A stretch of DNA of 64,000 nucleotides from the NCBI GenBank assembly GCA_013265495.1, contig MU058844.1, positions 11,058,184-11,122,183 on the forward strand, written 5' to 3'. This document shows positions 12,576 to 24,787 of the stretch, in pieces. Position 1 is the stretch's first letter. The number at the start of each line of letters is the position of its first letter. Under the pieces are notes generated by a model. That model saw nothing but the letters and a program-made list of their open reading frames with translations, was not told the origin of the DNA and did no database searches. Made by a program: the position numbers and the translations under genes. The DNA is from Vicugna vicugna. Taxonomy: Eukaryota.

Positions 12576-15049
12576 TCACAAAAAAATAAATACACAAACT
12601 GAAAGCTGTGAAAGCATTTAGATAGTCTTTGAAATAGCTAACTTATATTTATCTAAAACTGAAATGTATTCTCTCTGAATCTGAGCCAATCCATTGAGAG
12701 TTTTTTAGAGTTGAAATTTATTATAATATTGTATTTTAAGAGCCGGATATTTAACTGAATCAACTTTTATCAGACTTTACGATGATTTGAGAGTTCCGCA
12801 CAGCTAAAATAATACGGTATACCCAAGATCTTAAGTCTGTATTTGGAAAAAAACTTTGTCAAACGTGAGACCACAATTTTTTGTAACATAAATATAGTAC
12901 TGGGATCCATTATTTCGCACATTGTCAAATGGAAATCCTGCTGAATATCTTATTCATGAGATTTCTCAACATAAGTTTGCAAGATATTAAGCAGTTTAAT
13001 TATTTTCCAAAGCAGATATGTGCAGTAACAGCAACAGGAGTGTTATTTTAGAATTAGGCTATTTTCACATTAGCTTTGTAGCACAGACTTTTAGAACTCA
13101 CTTGAAATGCAAAACCTGTAAAAACACTTCTCAGAATGAAATAGGGTGTTGCCTACACCCACACTTGTAATGGAGAATTCCCAAAGCATTCCGAAATGTC
13201 CACATAGTCGGACATTTTCTCCCAGGCATAATTATCTTTTAATTCCATCAATTTCACACTCATTGTTTTTTTTCCATGACCGAGTCTCCCAGAAGAATTA
13301 GGTGTACATTCAACCTGACATGTTTGCTATGTTTAAATTTACTTGTCCTTTCCTATACAGTTACTGTTCCTCTTCTTGTATGTAAGGTTTTACATACACT
13401 AAAGGGAAGTGGACACATGAAACAGCTGGAGGCTCTGATTCATGGTTATAGGTCGCAGACATGGACCTGGCTGGGTGTGACTGTCTTCATGACCCAAAAG
13501 ACCAGGAGCCTTTAAAGCTTTCTAATCTTCCCATCCTGCTTCGTGTAGACTCAACTAAAAAGATCACTTGTAATAGTGGACTGTCGTATGAAGAATGCAG
13601 CCACAGCCAATAACCAGTGCTGCGGCACACATTTCCAGGTGAAAAGGGCTCAAAGACCTTGATATAAGCCGTAACCCATGTGACTGTGTCTAAGAAACAC
13701 AAAGGACAGTCTTTCCACCCAGCCTTAAACAGTCTACCTTGGGAATTGTGTGTTTACAGCTAATTGCAACCAGGTACAGGACTGGTGGTTGGGCTGAATT
13801 CACATAGACAGACAAAAGGGATTTAAACATTTGTGTTGTTGAAGAAAAGGGCATGCTGATATATTGACATAGCACAGTTTTCAATATTTATCCAAACCAA
13901 CCAAAAAATACATTTGTCTGATTGGACTATTCATCTCATCTCCCTACTTCCTATGTTTTTCACCCTTTTGGAGGAAGAGAGAGGCAATCTGACAGGATGA
14001 CATTTAGTTATCAAATCTATTATTTCATTTTAATTATGTAACAATTTAATCATGGCCGCAACTTTCTGAAATTAGATTATGATTTTTCCCTAAACCATTT
14101 GCTTATTCTTGTCATCACTCTTATTATTCCAGTGCTTGAAATTCTGATACAAAGATATATTTTTAAGTGTTCTTGTTCTTGGAAAAATATCAGTAGGCTC
14201 CCAGCAAATCTCTCAAAGCAGTGAAACTGCATTTGGATTTTTGCATTAAAATGACAGATGAAAGGAGACAGACAGCAATGTGGTCTAGGAGCGAGGCAGC
14301 CAGGTGCTTAGTAAGGATTATGTTTGCTAATTTAAAAAGGAGTGGAAAAAAAAAGCTGTGCACATCAGCGGTCTAAAAACAGGAGCAGAAACACGACTGA
14401 ATTCCAGCTGTGTCATTTATTCCATCACCGTGGTGCGTGCGCCACCTTCCTCTCCTCCTCGACTTTACCCTTCCCTTTTTCTTCAGTTTCCACCCACATG
14501 GATTGTTGCCACCACCTATCATCCTCCAAGGGAGACAGGAAGGTGACCTGGCAGCTTCAGCTCCCTGGAGAGCTGGTGCAGCTCCCAGTTCTGGAAATTA
14601 GCTCAGTGTGAGTGCTGGATACCTCGGAGCACTGAAATTTCACACTGTGCTAACGTGACTGCAGTTCCGTATTTTAGGCTCTGCGTGATTACAAGTGCTT
14701 AACAGGCTAGTAAGATCACCCATAGGACATGTTTGTAGAAACTGTAGTTCAGAATGATTTCTAAATGCTTTTCTTTTCTTCCTGAAAATCAGGACAGGAT
14801 GGAGAGGCTGCTCACTTGTAATAGGATAATGGAAGAGAGCTGTTTACTTCTAAGGCTTCTGGACCAAGCTTTTAAAGAGAGCAATTAAAACTGTATCCAT
14901 GGCAGAATAAGGATGTACACTGAGAGTACAAAAAATGTGATGTTATTTTCTCTTCCTACTCTCCAGATATGTGAAAGGCTCCTTACACCCTCCTCTCCAC
15001 GGGCCTTTGGAAGGCATTCTTTTAGTTGCAAAGTGCCTTACACGAACTT

Positions 15050-15268
15050 ATAAGGTGTGACAGTAAATAACAAGGACAATTACTAACAAATACCACAATG
15101 AGTGCTGACCTTCTAAGAAATTGCTCTGGGAGACGGTACATTAATTACAATGAAGCTACCCCGGCTTGAAACATCTTTGGAACTCCTCTTCTGGAATTGT
15201 GTTCAGAGAGCCTGTTTTACAAGCCACCTAAGAAAATGAGTTTCATTACCTTGTGGTCACACCTCGTG
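15050..15268. mobile_element. Mariner-type (MARNA-like) internally deleted DNA transposon relic
   Basis: Inverted ends 'aggtgtgac' (about 15053) and 'gtcacacct' (about 15256); internal 'aaacatctttggaactcctcttctggaattgtgttcagag' resembles MARNA as I recall it. Confidence 0.5.
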
Positions 15269-16824
15269 TGTTCTCACCGCTGTGAGTGAACTCAGGATGA
15301 GTTTAAAACTGAGCTGTTTTATAACCAGTCTGAATTGGATGGGATAGCATTTGTCATCGACAGTACTTTCCAGTTTCTGTTTTTTTTTTTAACAGAAGCT
15401 CTCATTTCAAGTATTCATGAACTGCTTATTGAATTTCAACAAGAAGTTCATGAATTGTTCAGCATCTAGCAAGACTGATTCAATAATATCTAGACCATTT
15501 CCATAGAAATGGGTTTATTATTATTACTAACTTCCAATATTTTCACATGGCAGGTCAAGAGAAAATAACATTTTAAAAACTCATGACGAAGTATGGTTCT
15601 TGAGTTTTCAGAAGTTCTAGAAAATGAGACTTTCACCCTGGGGTGAAATCTGACAGTTAACTTCATCAACTCCAAAAAAAAATAAATAAATAATGAAATC
15701 CATCAAACTGAAAAGACTATAATTAAAAATAAAATAATGGCTTTGCAGTTCTGACTATAATGACCATGGTAAAGGAAAGCAAAATTTGATTTTTTAGCTG
15801 CACATGAATAAATCAATCATAGCAACTACAAATAAGGCCCTTAATTTAAAAACAATCTAAACACCATTTAAAATTCTTTTTCCAAATTTATATATGCTTC
15901 TTAAAAACCTTGATTTTATTAATTAAGTAATCATTGAAGGCAACTGAACACAAATTTTAAAATCCAAGTTCACTCAAGTACCAATATAATGTAAAATCTC
16001 TCATAAATTTAGTAGTGAGTTATTCTAAATACTTAAAAATGCTGTCATCAGCTACTGTCAAAAGAGATATCCTTCTAATTAAGAAAAACAATTTAACAAT
16101 GTTTTTAAAGCACAGGTAGTAGGCCATAAATGAGTCGTATTCCAAATGTTTATACAGTCAAGTTGCAAAATTTAACTGACAGTATATCTCAGATATGCAG
16201 AAGAAAAGTACATTATTTATCTGTACTTGGGCTGGTTTTTTTCATAAATATCTACTTAATTCTAGGATGTAACTAGGCAGGCATGTGTGAGTGTGTGTGA
16301 GTGTGTGTGTGTGTCAGTCAGGGGGAGTGGTATCTAGCCAAGCATTTAAAAGCTTTCAAACTTAGTTCAACATAATGATGAGGCAATCCCATCTCATCAC
16401 ACTCCATTTCTGTAGGAAATAAGAAAATTTGTATTTCTTTGTATTCTACCTTCCTCTTGAGTAACCAACATGACATCTCTGTCTATGGGAGAAAAAGCAT
16501 GACCAAACCCTAGCTGAACTGATGTAGAACCCAAATGTGAAAGCTGCTAAAATTTAAGGGCTCTCCCATCACACACTCTAGAGCCCTGGTGGGCAGTGAT
16601 ATGATATAATTGATTGCTTTCCTTACCCCCTTTTAGTTCAACTTGTGATTGTTTCCATCAGTAGAGGTGGAATAAAGGTATTTGCTGCATACTGAGATTT
16701 GCCATATTGTAGTAGAAGAAAAAAAAAGGATGAGAACTCAATTATTCCTTTTATAATGATTCCAAATGTTCAAACAGGCTCATCTTGCATTTATCACCCT
16801 AGCTGAGAGTTCAACTCTCTTTAA

Positions 16825-16990
16825 GAACTTGCTACTCAGAGTGTGAAACAGGTGAGGCAATGCCTGCCTCACCTGGGAGTTCGTTAGAAGCAAAGAACCC
16901 CAGACACACTTTAGACCTATGGAATCAAACCCCGCATTTTAACAATATAGCCCAGAAACCTTATGCAATTTAATGCTTGAGATACATGGC
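16825..16990. mobile_element. MER5A-like hAT DNA transposon
   Basis: 'gctactcagagtgtg...cacctgggagttcgttagaagcaaagaaccccag...agacctatggaatcaaac...gcattttaacaa'. Confidence 0.7.
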
Positions 16991-17814
16991 ACTCGGAGTC
17001 AGAAAAATCTGCTATCAGTTTTGTTCTTACCTCGTGACCTTGCTCAACTCAGGATCGTATTTCTCACCCACAGAATGGGAATAATACACTTGTAGGCTGT
17101 TTATACATACATTTTTGGCATTTAACAAGGTTTTCTCCATGTTTTTGTCTAGGTAACAAAAAAAGCCCTTGTGCTACTGGGATTCAGCTAAGGTCTCACT
17201 GGGAATTCTACTTGTAATTATTCCTCAAAATACTGTATCTGACAAAACTCTGTATTCTACAGTCAAGCAGAGCTGGATTTTGACCCTGATGCTGTCTCTT
17301 ACAAGATTTTTATGAAGATGAAATGACATAATTAAAATGAAAATGTTTAGCAGTTTTTTCTGAAACAGACTAACAATTCAACAACGTTTCCCTAATGAAA
17401 ATGGATTTGCTCTAAAACAGCTGAGTGAAATGAATGCTATGTTGTTTTGTTCATCTAAAGCCAAGAGAATATGGTTCTAAACATTCAACTCACTGGCCAG
17501 AGTTTGATGAGATTCTCGGAGATGTATTCCTTTTCCAGAAAGTGAGTGTAGCAGCCAGTCGTTAGCATGTCTTGGCCATGAAGGCCTTTGGGACTCAAGC
17601 ATTTAATTCTTTGGTTATCTGGCCACAGTAGTTTTATTTTCCTTTCTTGCCCTCTTTCAGGTAACTCATTCTCTTTCAATAATTAAATCTCCTACCTCTT
17701 CAAAATTGCTGATTTTAGTTCTAAAACTTAAAAAAAAAAAAGCTTAAGAAATGAAGTCACAAATAAATGAATGGCTGGTCCTAAATTATCCTCCTATAAA
17801 TATTTATATGTCAG

Positions 17815-18210
17815 NNNNNNNNNNNNNNNNNNNNNNNNNNNNNNNNNNNNNNNNNNNNNNNNNNNNNNNNNNNNNNNNNNNNNNNNNNNNNNNNNNNNNN
17901 NNNNNNNNNNNNNNNNNNNNNNNNNNNNNNNNNNNNNNNNNNNNNNNNNNNNNNNNNNNNNNNNNNNNNNNNNNNNNNNNNNNNNNNNNNNNNNNNNNNN
18001 NNNNNNNNNNNNNNNNNNNNNNNNNNNNNNNNNNNNNNNNNNNNNNNNNNNNNNNNNNNNNNNNNNNNNNNNNNNNNNNNNNNNNNNNNNNNNNNNNNNN
18101 NNNNNNNNNNNNNNNNNNNNNNNNNNNNNNNNNNNNNNNNNNNNNNNNNNNNNNNNNNNNNNNNNNNNNNNNNNNNNNNNNNNNNNNNNNNNNNNNNNNN
18201 NNNNNNNNNN
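17815..18210. other. Assembly gap (396 N)
   Basis: Run of N; ORFs crossing it are artefacts. Confidence 1.
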
Positions 18211-18589
18211 GGACTCAAGCATTCTTTGGTTATCTGGCCACAGTAGTTTTATTTTCCTTTCTTGCCCTCTTTCAGGTAACTCATTCTCTTTCAATAATTA
18301 AATCTCCTACCTCTTCAAAATTGCTGATTTGATTTCTAAAACTTAAAAAAAAAAAGCTTAAGAAATGAAGTCACAAATAAATGAATGGCTGGTCCTAAAT
18401 TATCCTCCTATAAATAATCATATGTGAGAAAGAATATTTCTTAATCCAAATGAATTTTATTCTGTTTTTCTATTATTGTGCTCACACACATACACTAAAA
18501 CATATTTTTTTATGTGGACTATTTATTGAGAGCCTACTATGCACAGGACACCCTTCTTGGTAATGAAGAGTCCAAGTTTAAAAATAGCC

Positions 18590-19010
18590 AAAAAGACCTG
18601 CTGGAACAACCATACATCCACATGCAAAAATATGAATCTAGACACAGACCTTAAACTTTTCATAAAAATTTACTCAAAATAGATCATAGATACATATGTA
18701 AAATGTAAAACTGTACAACTTCTGGAAAGTAACATACGAGAAAATTCAGATGACCTCTGCTTTGGCAGTAACTTTTTAGACACAATACCAGAGGCATAAT
18801 CCATGGGGAAAAAACGATTAGTAAACTAGACCTAATTAAAGTTAAATTTTCTAGTCTTTGAAAGGTAACAAAAAGAGAAGCTACAGACTCAGAGAAAATA
18901 TTTGCATAAAAGACGTATCTGATAAAGGATTGTAACAAAAATATAGAAAGAATTTTTTTAAACTCAAAAATAAGAAAACAATCTGACTAAAGAATGTGCC
19001 AAAGATCTGG
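18590..19010 (+). mobile_element. Old L1 ORF2 3' fragment
   Basis: 'aaatttactcaaaatagatcataga...gagaaaatatttgcataaaagacgtatctgataaaggatt...aactcaaaaataagaaaac'. Confidence 0.85.
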
Positions 19011-21399
19011 AGGACTATTAAGAGAAAAAGCCATTTTTATTTCCACTGAATTGTACTGAAAATTATAGTCAGATTAAATGGTCTAGACAATAATTTCTAG
19101 CTCTTCAAGAAACAAATTAATCAATTTTGAAATAAGAGATTAATATGAAACTAAGTCTTTCATTGATATACTGTGCTTCAGAATAGTCTCATAACAAAAA
19201 TAAACTTCACTGATGTTAATAAACGTATAAATTCATTTTCCATCCAACACTTTAATTTAGAACCTATTCTACTACAGTAAAACGAGTGATCAGTTAAAAC
19301 ATGCAAAAAGGTCCATTATCTGTCTCAAGCCTTGAGAATTGATTCTGAAAGCAATGTTCCAAGTATGTACGTGTGATATCAGTATAGTCTTCGTTTTAAA
19401 TTTCTCTTGAGCTACCTAATTTTTGTCTAAAAAATAATGCTATTTTAAAATAAAATTAGTAACTTTCTTCTTTTATTACCTCAAGTCAAAACTTCAAACC
19501 ATAGAGTCCCTGAGTTGGAAAATTTTTCACATTATCAGTATTTTTATTCCCTTGCTATGTATATAACTACTGATATTATATATTTAACAATGCCCATACT
19601 AATTAACACAGACTTCCCAGTGCTCATATTTACCTTTGACTAAGCTAACTGAATACAGAATGTTAAGTGATTACCTTAGCTCTCCATAAAAACTGATTGT
19701 TAGAAAATATAACCTCAGTGCAGAATGCTTTAAAAGGTAATTTTATATAGCTAACCTAGTTTTTCTAAGTATAATTGCTTTCATCAGATATTTTATTTCC
19801 AAAGAAATTCCTTTTACTTAAGGATTGTTTAGAATAAAATTAGAATAATCTCTCTTGATTAGCACCCTTTCTCCATGATAAAGTTGAAAAGTATAACTAA
19901 ATAATTTAAAGCATCAGGCCAAGGGCCACTAGAAACCTTTTCAAGCATGATAAATATAGTTTTATAAGGGAAGTAATAACAGTAACTGAAATCTGTCCCA
20001 TGATGGATTTGTTCAGATGAGCATACTCGTTATTGAGTATTTTTGAAGCATATATGAGAATAATTGAAAAAGGAACAGTAATTTTCCTATGAATAGAAAT
20101 GAACACTGCGGGATCTAACAAAATGCTGATAATGAACTTGCTCAGTTCTTGAGGGATAGTGTAAGTAGTAGCTGATTTGAATTGAAGCACTAGGGACCTA
20201 AGTGAAGTATACAGGTATCTCTGATAATGAGGGCTATTAATTATTGGAATGTGTTCCTGAGAGTTCTGCTGGAGTTCCCACTTTTTAAAGTGGGCATAAA
20301 TAATTGCACATCATACACAGCCCACAATGGTAAATTTAAGGGTAGATAGGTTCTGTCCTACTATGAAGGACAATTGGTATCGTATTTAAATGCAATCTGA
20401 AAGCATTCACACAGTAATTTGGTTTAAGAAAAGGAGAATTACCAGTCTCATGTTTTATTAAGTCACTAAGCCACAAATCAGATTTACTGGTTATAACTTT
20501 TGGAAACCTGACATCACAATCATAAGTACTTGTAGAAAACATGTTTTTTTTAGGTATTAGAACAAATGAGAAAGCCAAGTGCCTGGGTACAAAATAAACA
20601 TACCAAAATAAATAACTTCCCTGTATAACAACCAGTACAAATATAAAATATTCAGAAATGTTTTATGAATATGATGAAACTAATTATAAAAATGATGAAA
20701 AGAATTAAACTATATGATGTTTTATAACTAAAGCCTCCATAGTAAAAAAAAACAAATCATATAAACCTCCCAAGTCTTCTTTAATAACAAGTTTGGGAAA
20801 TTTTAAACAAAATCGCAAATGGGAAAATATTCCTGTACGTGCAGAAATGGCTTGGAATATTAAACTAAATAAAATAAGATTAGCCAAGCCATTTATGAAA
20901 GGAGACTGTGTAGTCAGATCTTAGAAATTTATCACAGATAAAATAATTAAAAATTCATAATTTGAGTGTAGGTATTTTGTGAGTAGTATAATGCCTCGCT
21001 TCTCCAATGTTTTTCTTTAAGATGCTATGAAGAGATAGGAAAAGAAAATTACCACGTTGAAAAAGCAAGACTCACTGTAAACCTACTGACAGGGTCTGTG
21101 AAGAATTTCCAATAACCACAAGACCAGTACATTTTAAACTAAGAACAGATTGGTACTGCAACCTAAAAAGGATGTGAACATTTTCCTCTCAAATGAAGTA
21201 GAGATGCCCTTCCCTGGTTTTTCCCAGTGATCTTGTGTTTAGTCTATAAATTTACGATTTGTAACAAAAATGAGGTTGGAATAGTAACTGTATTGTGTGA
21301 GCAAACTACTTACTTTATCTCCACAATTCTTCAAGGATTTTTTTCTTGTGTGGGTGTTTTTTTCCCCCAAATTTACCCATCTAGTGTTTATTTTTGTAA

Positions 21400-22450
21400 A
21401 TGAAAGAAAATGTACAAATATTAGTGCATTTCTTACACAGAGGATAGCATACTATGTATGTTTTGTCATCTTGCTTTTTTCACTCCACATTATATTCTGG
21501 AGATTGCTACATATCAATTTATAGAGATATTCCTCATTCCATTTTGCAATTGCATTCTTTGATTGTGTAGACAGACAATAATTTACTCAATCACTCCGAA
21601 ACTCATGGATATGTGGGTCATTTCCAATAATTTGCCACTACAAATACCAACACGAAGAGTAACTATTTCTTCAAATGTTTGAGATGTCTCATTCTTCATC
21701 TGCTACATTTCTATATGTATTTCTATCTATTTGTGAATTTAGGAACCTGTTCCATTGTAGGTCAGTGCCAATTATAAACTGCTTTAATTATAGAGGTTTT
21801 ATAATATGTTTTAATAACTGGTAGGGTTATCTCTATAAATAGTACTCTTTTTTGGTGTTTTTTTTGGTAATTTTTTTTTCATTTTTCTATATGAATTTTA
21901 TAATGAATGTAGAAAAATAAGCCTATTGATATTTTTGTAGAAATTATACAAATTTACAACTTTGCAAGATGTGATTTTTTTGATGTTCAGTTTTCAAATC
22001 CAAGAACAATCTATGTTTTTATTTTTCACTTGCTTATGTTATGTGTCTTTCGGGATTTTAAACTATTCTTCATAGAGTTTTTGCACAATTTTAAGTTTGT
22101 GCCTATGTATTTTTGTTGTTTTCTTATTACCATGGAAAATAGGAATTTCTCTAGCATATCTTCTAACTGGTTACTCACTGTATTGATTTCTATATGTTTA
22201 TTTCCTGTTTTTTTACTATATTCTTTTATCATTTGTTGTTTTTACACTAACTCTCTTGGGTTTTTCAGATATATGATCATATAATCTGTAAAACTTTCAT
22301 TTTTTTAAATTCTTATTCCTATAACTTCATCCTTATATCCAAATGCAATGATTAACAATTCAGTACTGTATTAAATAATAATTGTAATAGTGATATACTT
22401 TTTTCAAACTTTGAAGAAATGCCTCTAATACCTTCTCAATGTATTAGTTT
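21400..22450 (-). mobile_element. Ancient L1 (L1ME-like) fragments
   Basis: Antisense L1 phrases ('ctctcttgggtttttcagatatatgatcatataatctgtaaa', 'atccaagaacaatctatgttt'); ORF 22026-22232(-) has a decayed 'MIKEYSKKTG..I....KYIGTNL' ORF2 match. Confidence 0.7.
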
Positions 22451-22519
22451 TTCAATATATTAGTCACCTTTTTCACCAAGCAATCCTAAAATGAAATGGC
22501 CTTCACAATGAACGTTTCT

Positions 22520-22770
22520 TTCTCCTTCTCAGATTGATGGGTTGACTGTGGGTTTGCCTGACCCCTCTGGCCTTAGCTTGGCTTCGCTCCAGCCTGTAGG
22601 TGTTCAGGTCTGCTTCATTTGTCTTCCCATGCTACGATCCAGGTTAAAAGAACAGGAATTAAAGGAAGTAGTGTTCCACTATTTGGAACATGTTCTCCTA
22701 TGTGTATGAGGAGTTCAAGAAAAGACAGTGTAAACATATACTGTCTTTTTTGAAGCATCTGGTTACAAGT
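22520..22770. mobile_element. Ancient ERVL/MaLR LTR fragment
   Basis: 'gggttgactgtgggtttgcctgac...ttggcttcgctccagcctgtaggtgttcaggtctgcttcat' resembles old MLT/LTR33-type LTRs. Confidence 0.4.
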
Positions 22771-23030
22771 GAAAACTGCTCTAGTATGAAATAACTTCTG
22801 AAGTTTTATAGTTTAGTTCTTGACTTTGAAAGTTCATTTGATTTTTCCAGTTTTTCTCATGTGGTTTGGATAAATATTGGTTCTGAGCCTGTATTCTCCA
22901 TAAAGGAAAGTGTGATGTTTGAGTCATATTCTTAATCACACAACTCGTATGAAATTTCTTCTCATGTTTTTTTTTTGAAACATTTAAAATTATTGTGCTG
23001 AAAAAAAACTAAACAAAAAATATTATTTGC

Positions 23031-24310
23031 ACTTCCGGGCAAGATGGCGGAGTAGAAGGACGCTTGTAAGTCACCCTCTCCCACAAATACACCAAGACCC
23101 ACATCTACAGACCCACTCAGCCAACCAGAGCACCTGCGGAACTCCAACAGATCATCGCCCTCTTCAAAAGATAAAGACGCCAAAAATCTGGTAGGAGAAA
23201 AGGAAAAAAGAAAGAACAAAAGGCAAAGCAGCGCGGGACGGGTCCCGCGGGGAGGGAGCGGCAAAGGAGGACTGGCGCTCGCTCGCTGGGTCTCCCCTCT
23301 CCAATTGAGAGGCCAGCGGGACGGAGGGGGAGCCTCCGAGGCTCGGATCTGTACAGAGCAGCCCTTGACTGACAGAACTAAGTTAAACGGGCACAAAGCA
23401 TCCCCCCGACACCCAGCCTGGGACGCGGGCCGGCAGCGGCGGGCAGGGCCAGGCTGCGCAAGCCGGACGGAGGACGGGGGCGGCTGCACGGAGGAAACTC
23501 CGGGGGACTGCAAGGGGCTGGGCGCCGGGGCTGTGGGTGTACAGGACAGAACAACCTGGGCCCTCCATAAAACAGCAAGGTTGATGTGCTCTCGGGGGAA
23601 GGGTGCATACCCCCATCTCTGAAAACCCGCGGAAACTTTTCAGGGGAAGAGGGGCGGGGCCCAGGCACAGCCGCCATATTCTCCGGCGCTTAGCACCCAG
23701 GCGGGGGCAGAGGCGAAACCTGCGTCCGCACCGAAGGGCTTAGCAGCCTCAAGGGCCAGACTGAGACGGGCCTACAGCCCTGGGCAGATAGGATCCTTCC
23801 ATTCTGGTCCCCCAGAGAACTTGCTCCACAAAGACAAACAAGCAGCTGGGTCTTGGCTCGGAGCAGGGACTAGGCTGCCCCTCGGTCTTCCCGGAGCCCA
23901 CCCGCGGGGCGCGACCAGGGCGGAGCGCTGGCACAGAGCTCTCAGCTGCACAGAGCAGCGGAGCTACCAGCAGGGCAGGCAGGGGGAGAGCGACCCCCCC
24001 GCCTGTCGGGCAGGAACACAACCCCTGACCTAGGTGCTGGGAGAGGGCACGACCCTCCCTCCTGCCTGGCCAGTCTGCAACATCTGACTGCAGCATCCGG
24101 AGGGGCAGTGACCCGCCCGCCCGCAGCAGAGGAGAGCTGCATCTGACCCCGTGTTAGGAGGAGGCGCGATCTGCTTGCCGACAGGTGCTGGGAGCAGCAC
24201 AGAAGAGGGCGCCAACGGAGGGCCTATGAAAACAAGCTGAGCTTCCAAAACAGGACGAAGACAGAAGGACTTCACATTAAAAGCACACAGACTCCAGGAG
24301 AACACCGACA
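23031..24310 (+). promoter_or_regulatory. L1 5'UTR internal Pol II promoter / CpG island
   Basis: Sharp rise in GC and CpG against an AT-rich background. Starts with an ETS-like ACTTCCGG (23031-23038) followed by the YY1 motif CAAGATGGCGG (23040-23050), the expected position of the L1 initiation YY1 site. Confidence 0.9.
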
Positions 24311-24787
24311 ACCCCCTTTTTTTTGTTTTTTTTTTTGTTTTCTGTTTCTTGTTTTTGTTTTGTTTTGTTTTGTTTTAAATCTGTTTTTACCTGTTCCATT
24401 TTCAATTACTCTCTTAATTTTTACTTCTTAATTCATTTCTATTTCTCTGGGGTTTTGATGTCCTGTTATTGATTAGACACAGGCTTCAAACACATATATT
24501 CATCTCCCCACCCCCTTTTTTTTTTTTTTAAAGGTTTTAAAAGGACGTCTCCACCCGATTAATACTCTGCTTCAACCCGCTCTTCTATTATTCATTATAC
24601 ATTGTTTTCAAACCCTCTTTCTCCCTTCTTTTAAAAATCTTTCTCTCTCTCTCTTATTTTTTTCTCTTTTTTTTTTTTTTTCTTTTTTTTCCCCTAAGTT
24701 CTATTCCTAAATAGGCATTAGATAGATAAAATCCTTAAGATCCAAAATAGACAACTGATACTCCATAAACCACAGTGCCAGAGAGGT

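Noticed and set aside
17485..17720. Minus-strand ORF with a good donor (CCA|gtgagt) near 17494
   Set aside because: The nearest good acceptor gives stops in all three frames, the peptide is unrecognised and the region abuts a suspect gap.
17751..18332. Four long ORFs (135-193 aa) in the ORF track
   Set aside because: They run through the N gap and are mostly X residues.
19906..20190. 94-aa minus-strand ORF in non-repeat DNA
   Set aside because: Non-ATG start, no recognisable motif and no convincing splice sites.
22962..23513. 183-aa antisense ORF crossing the L1 5' boundary
   Set aside because: Starts at TTG, lies in stop-poor GC-rich DNA and ends only in flanking sequence; no recognisable domain.
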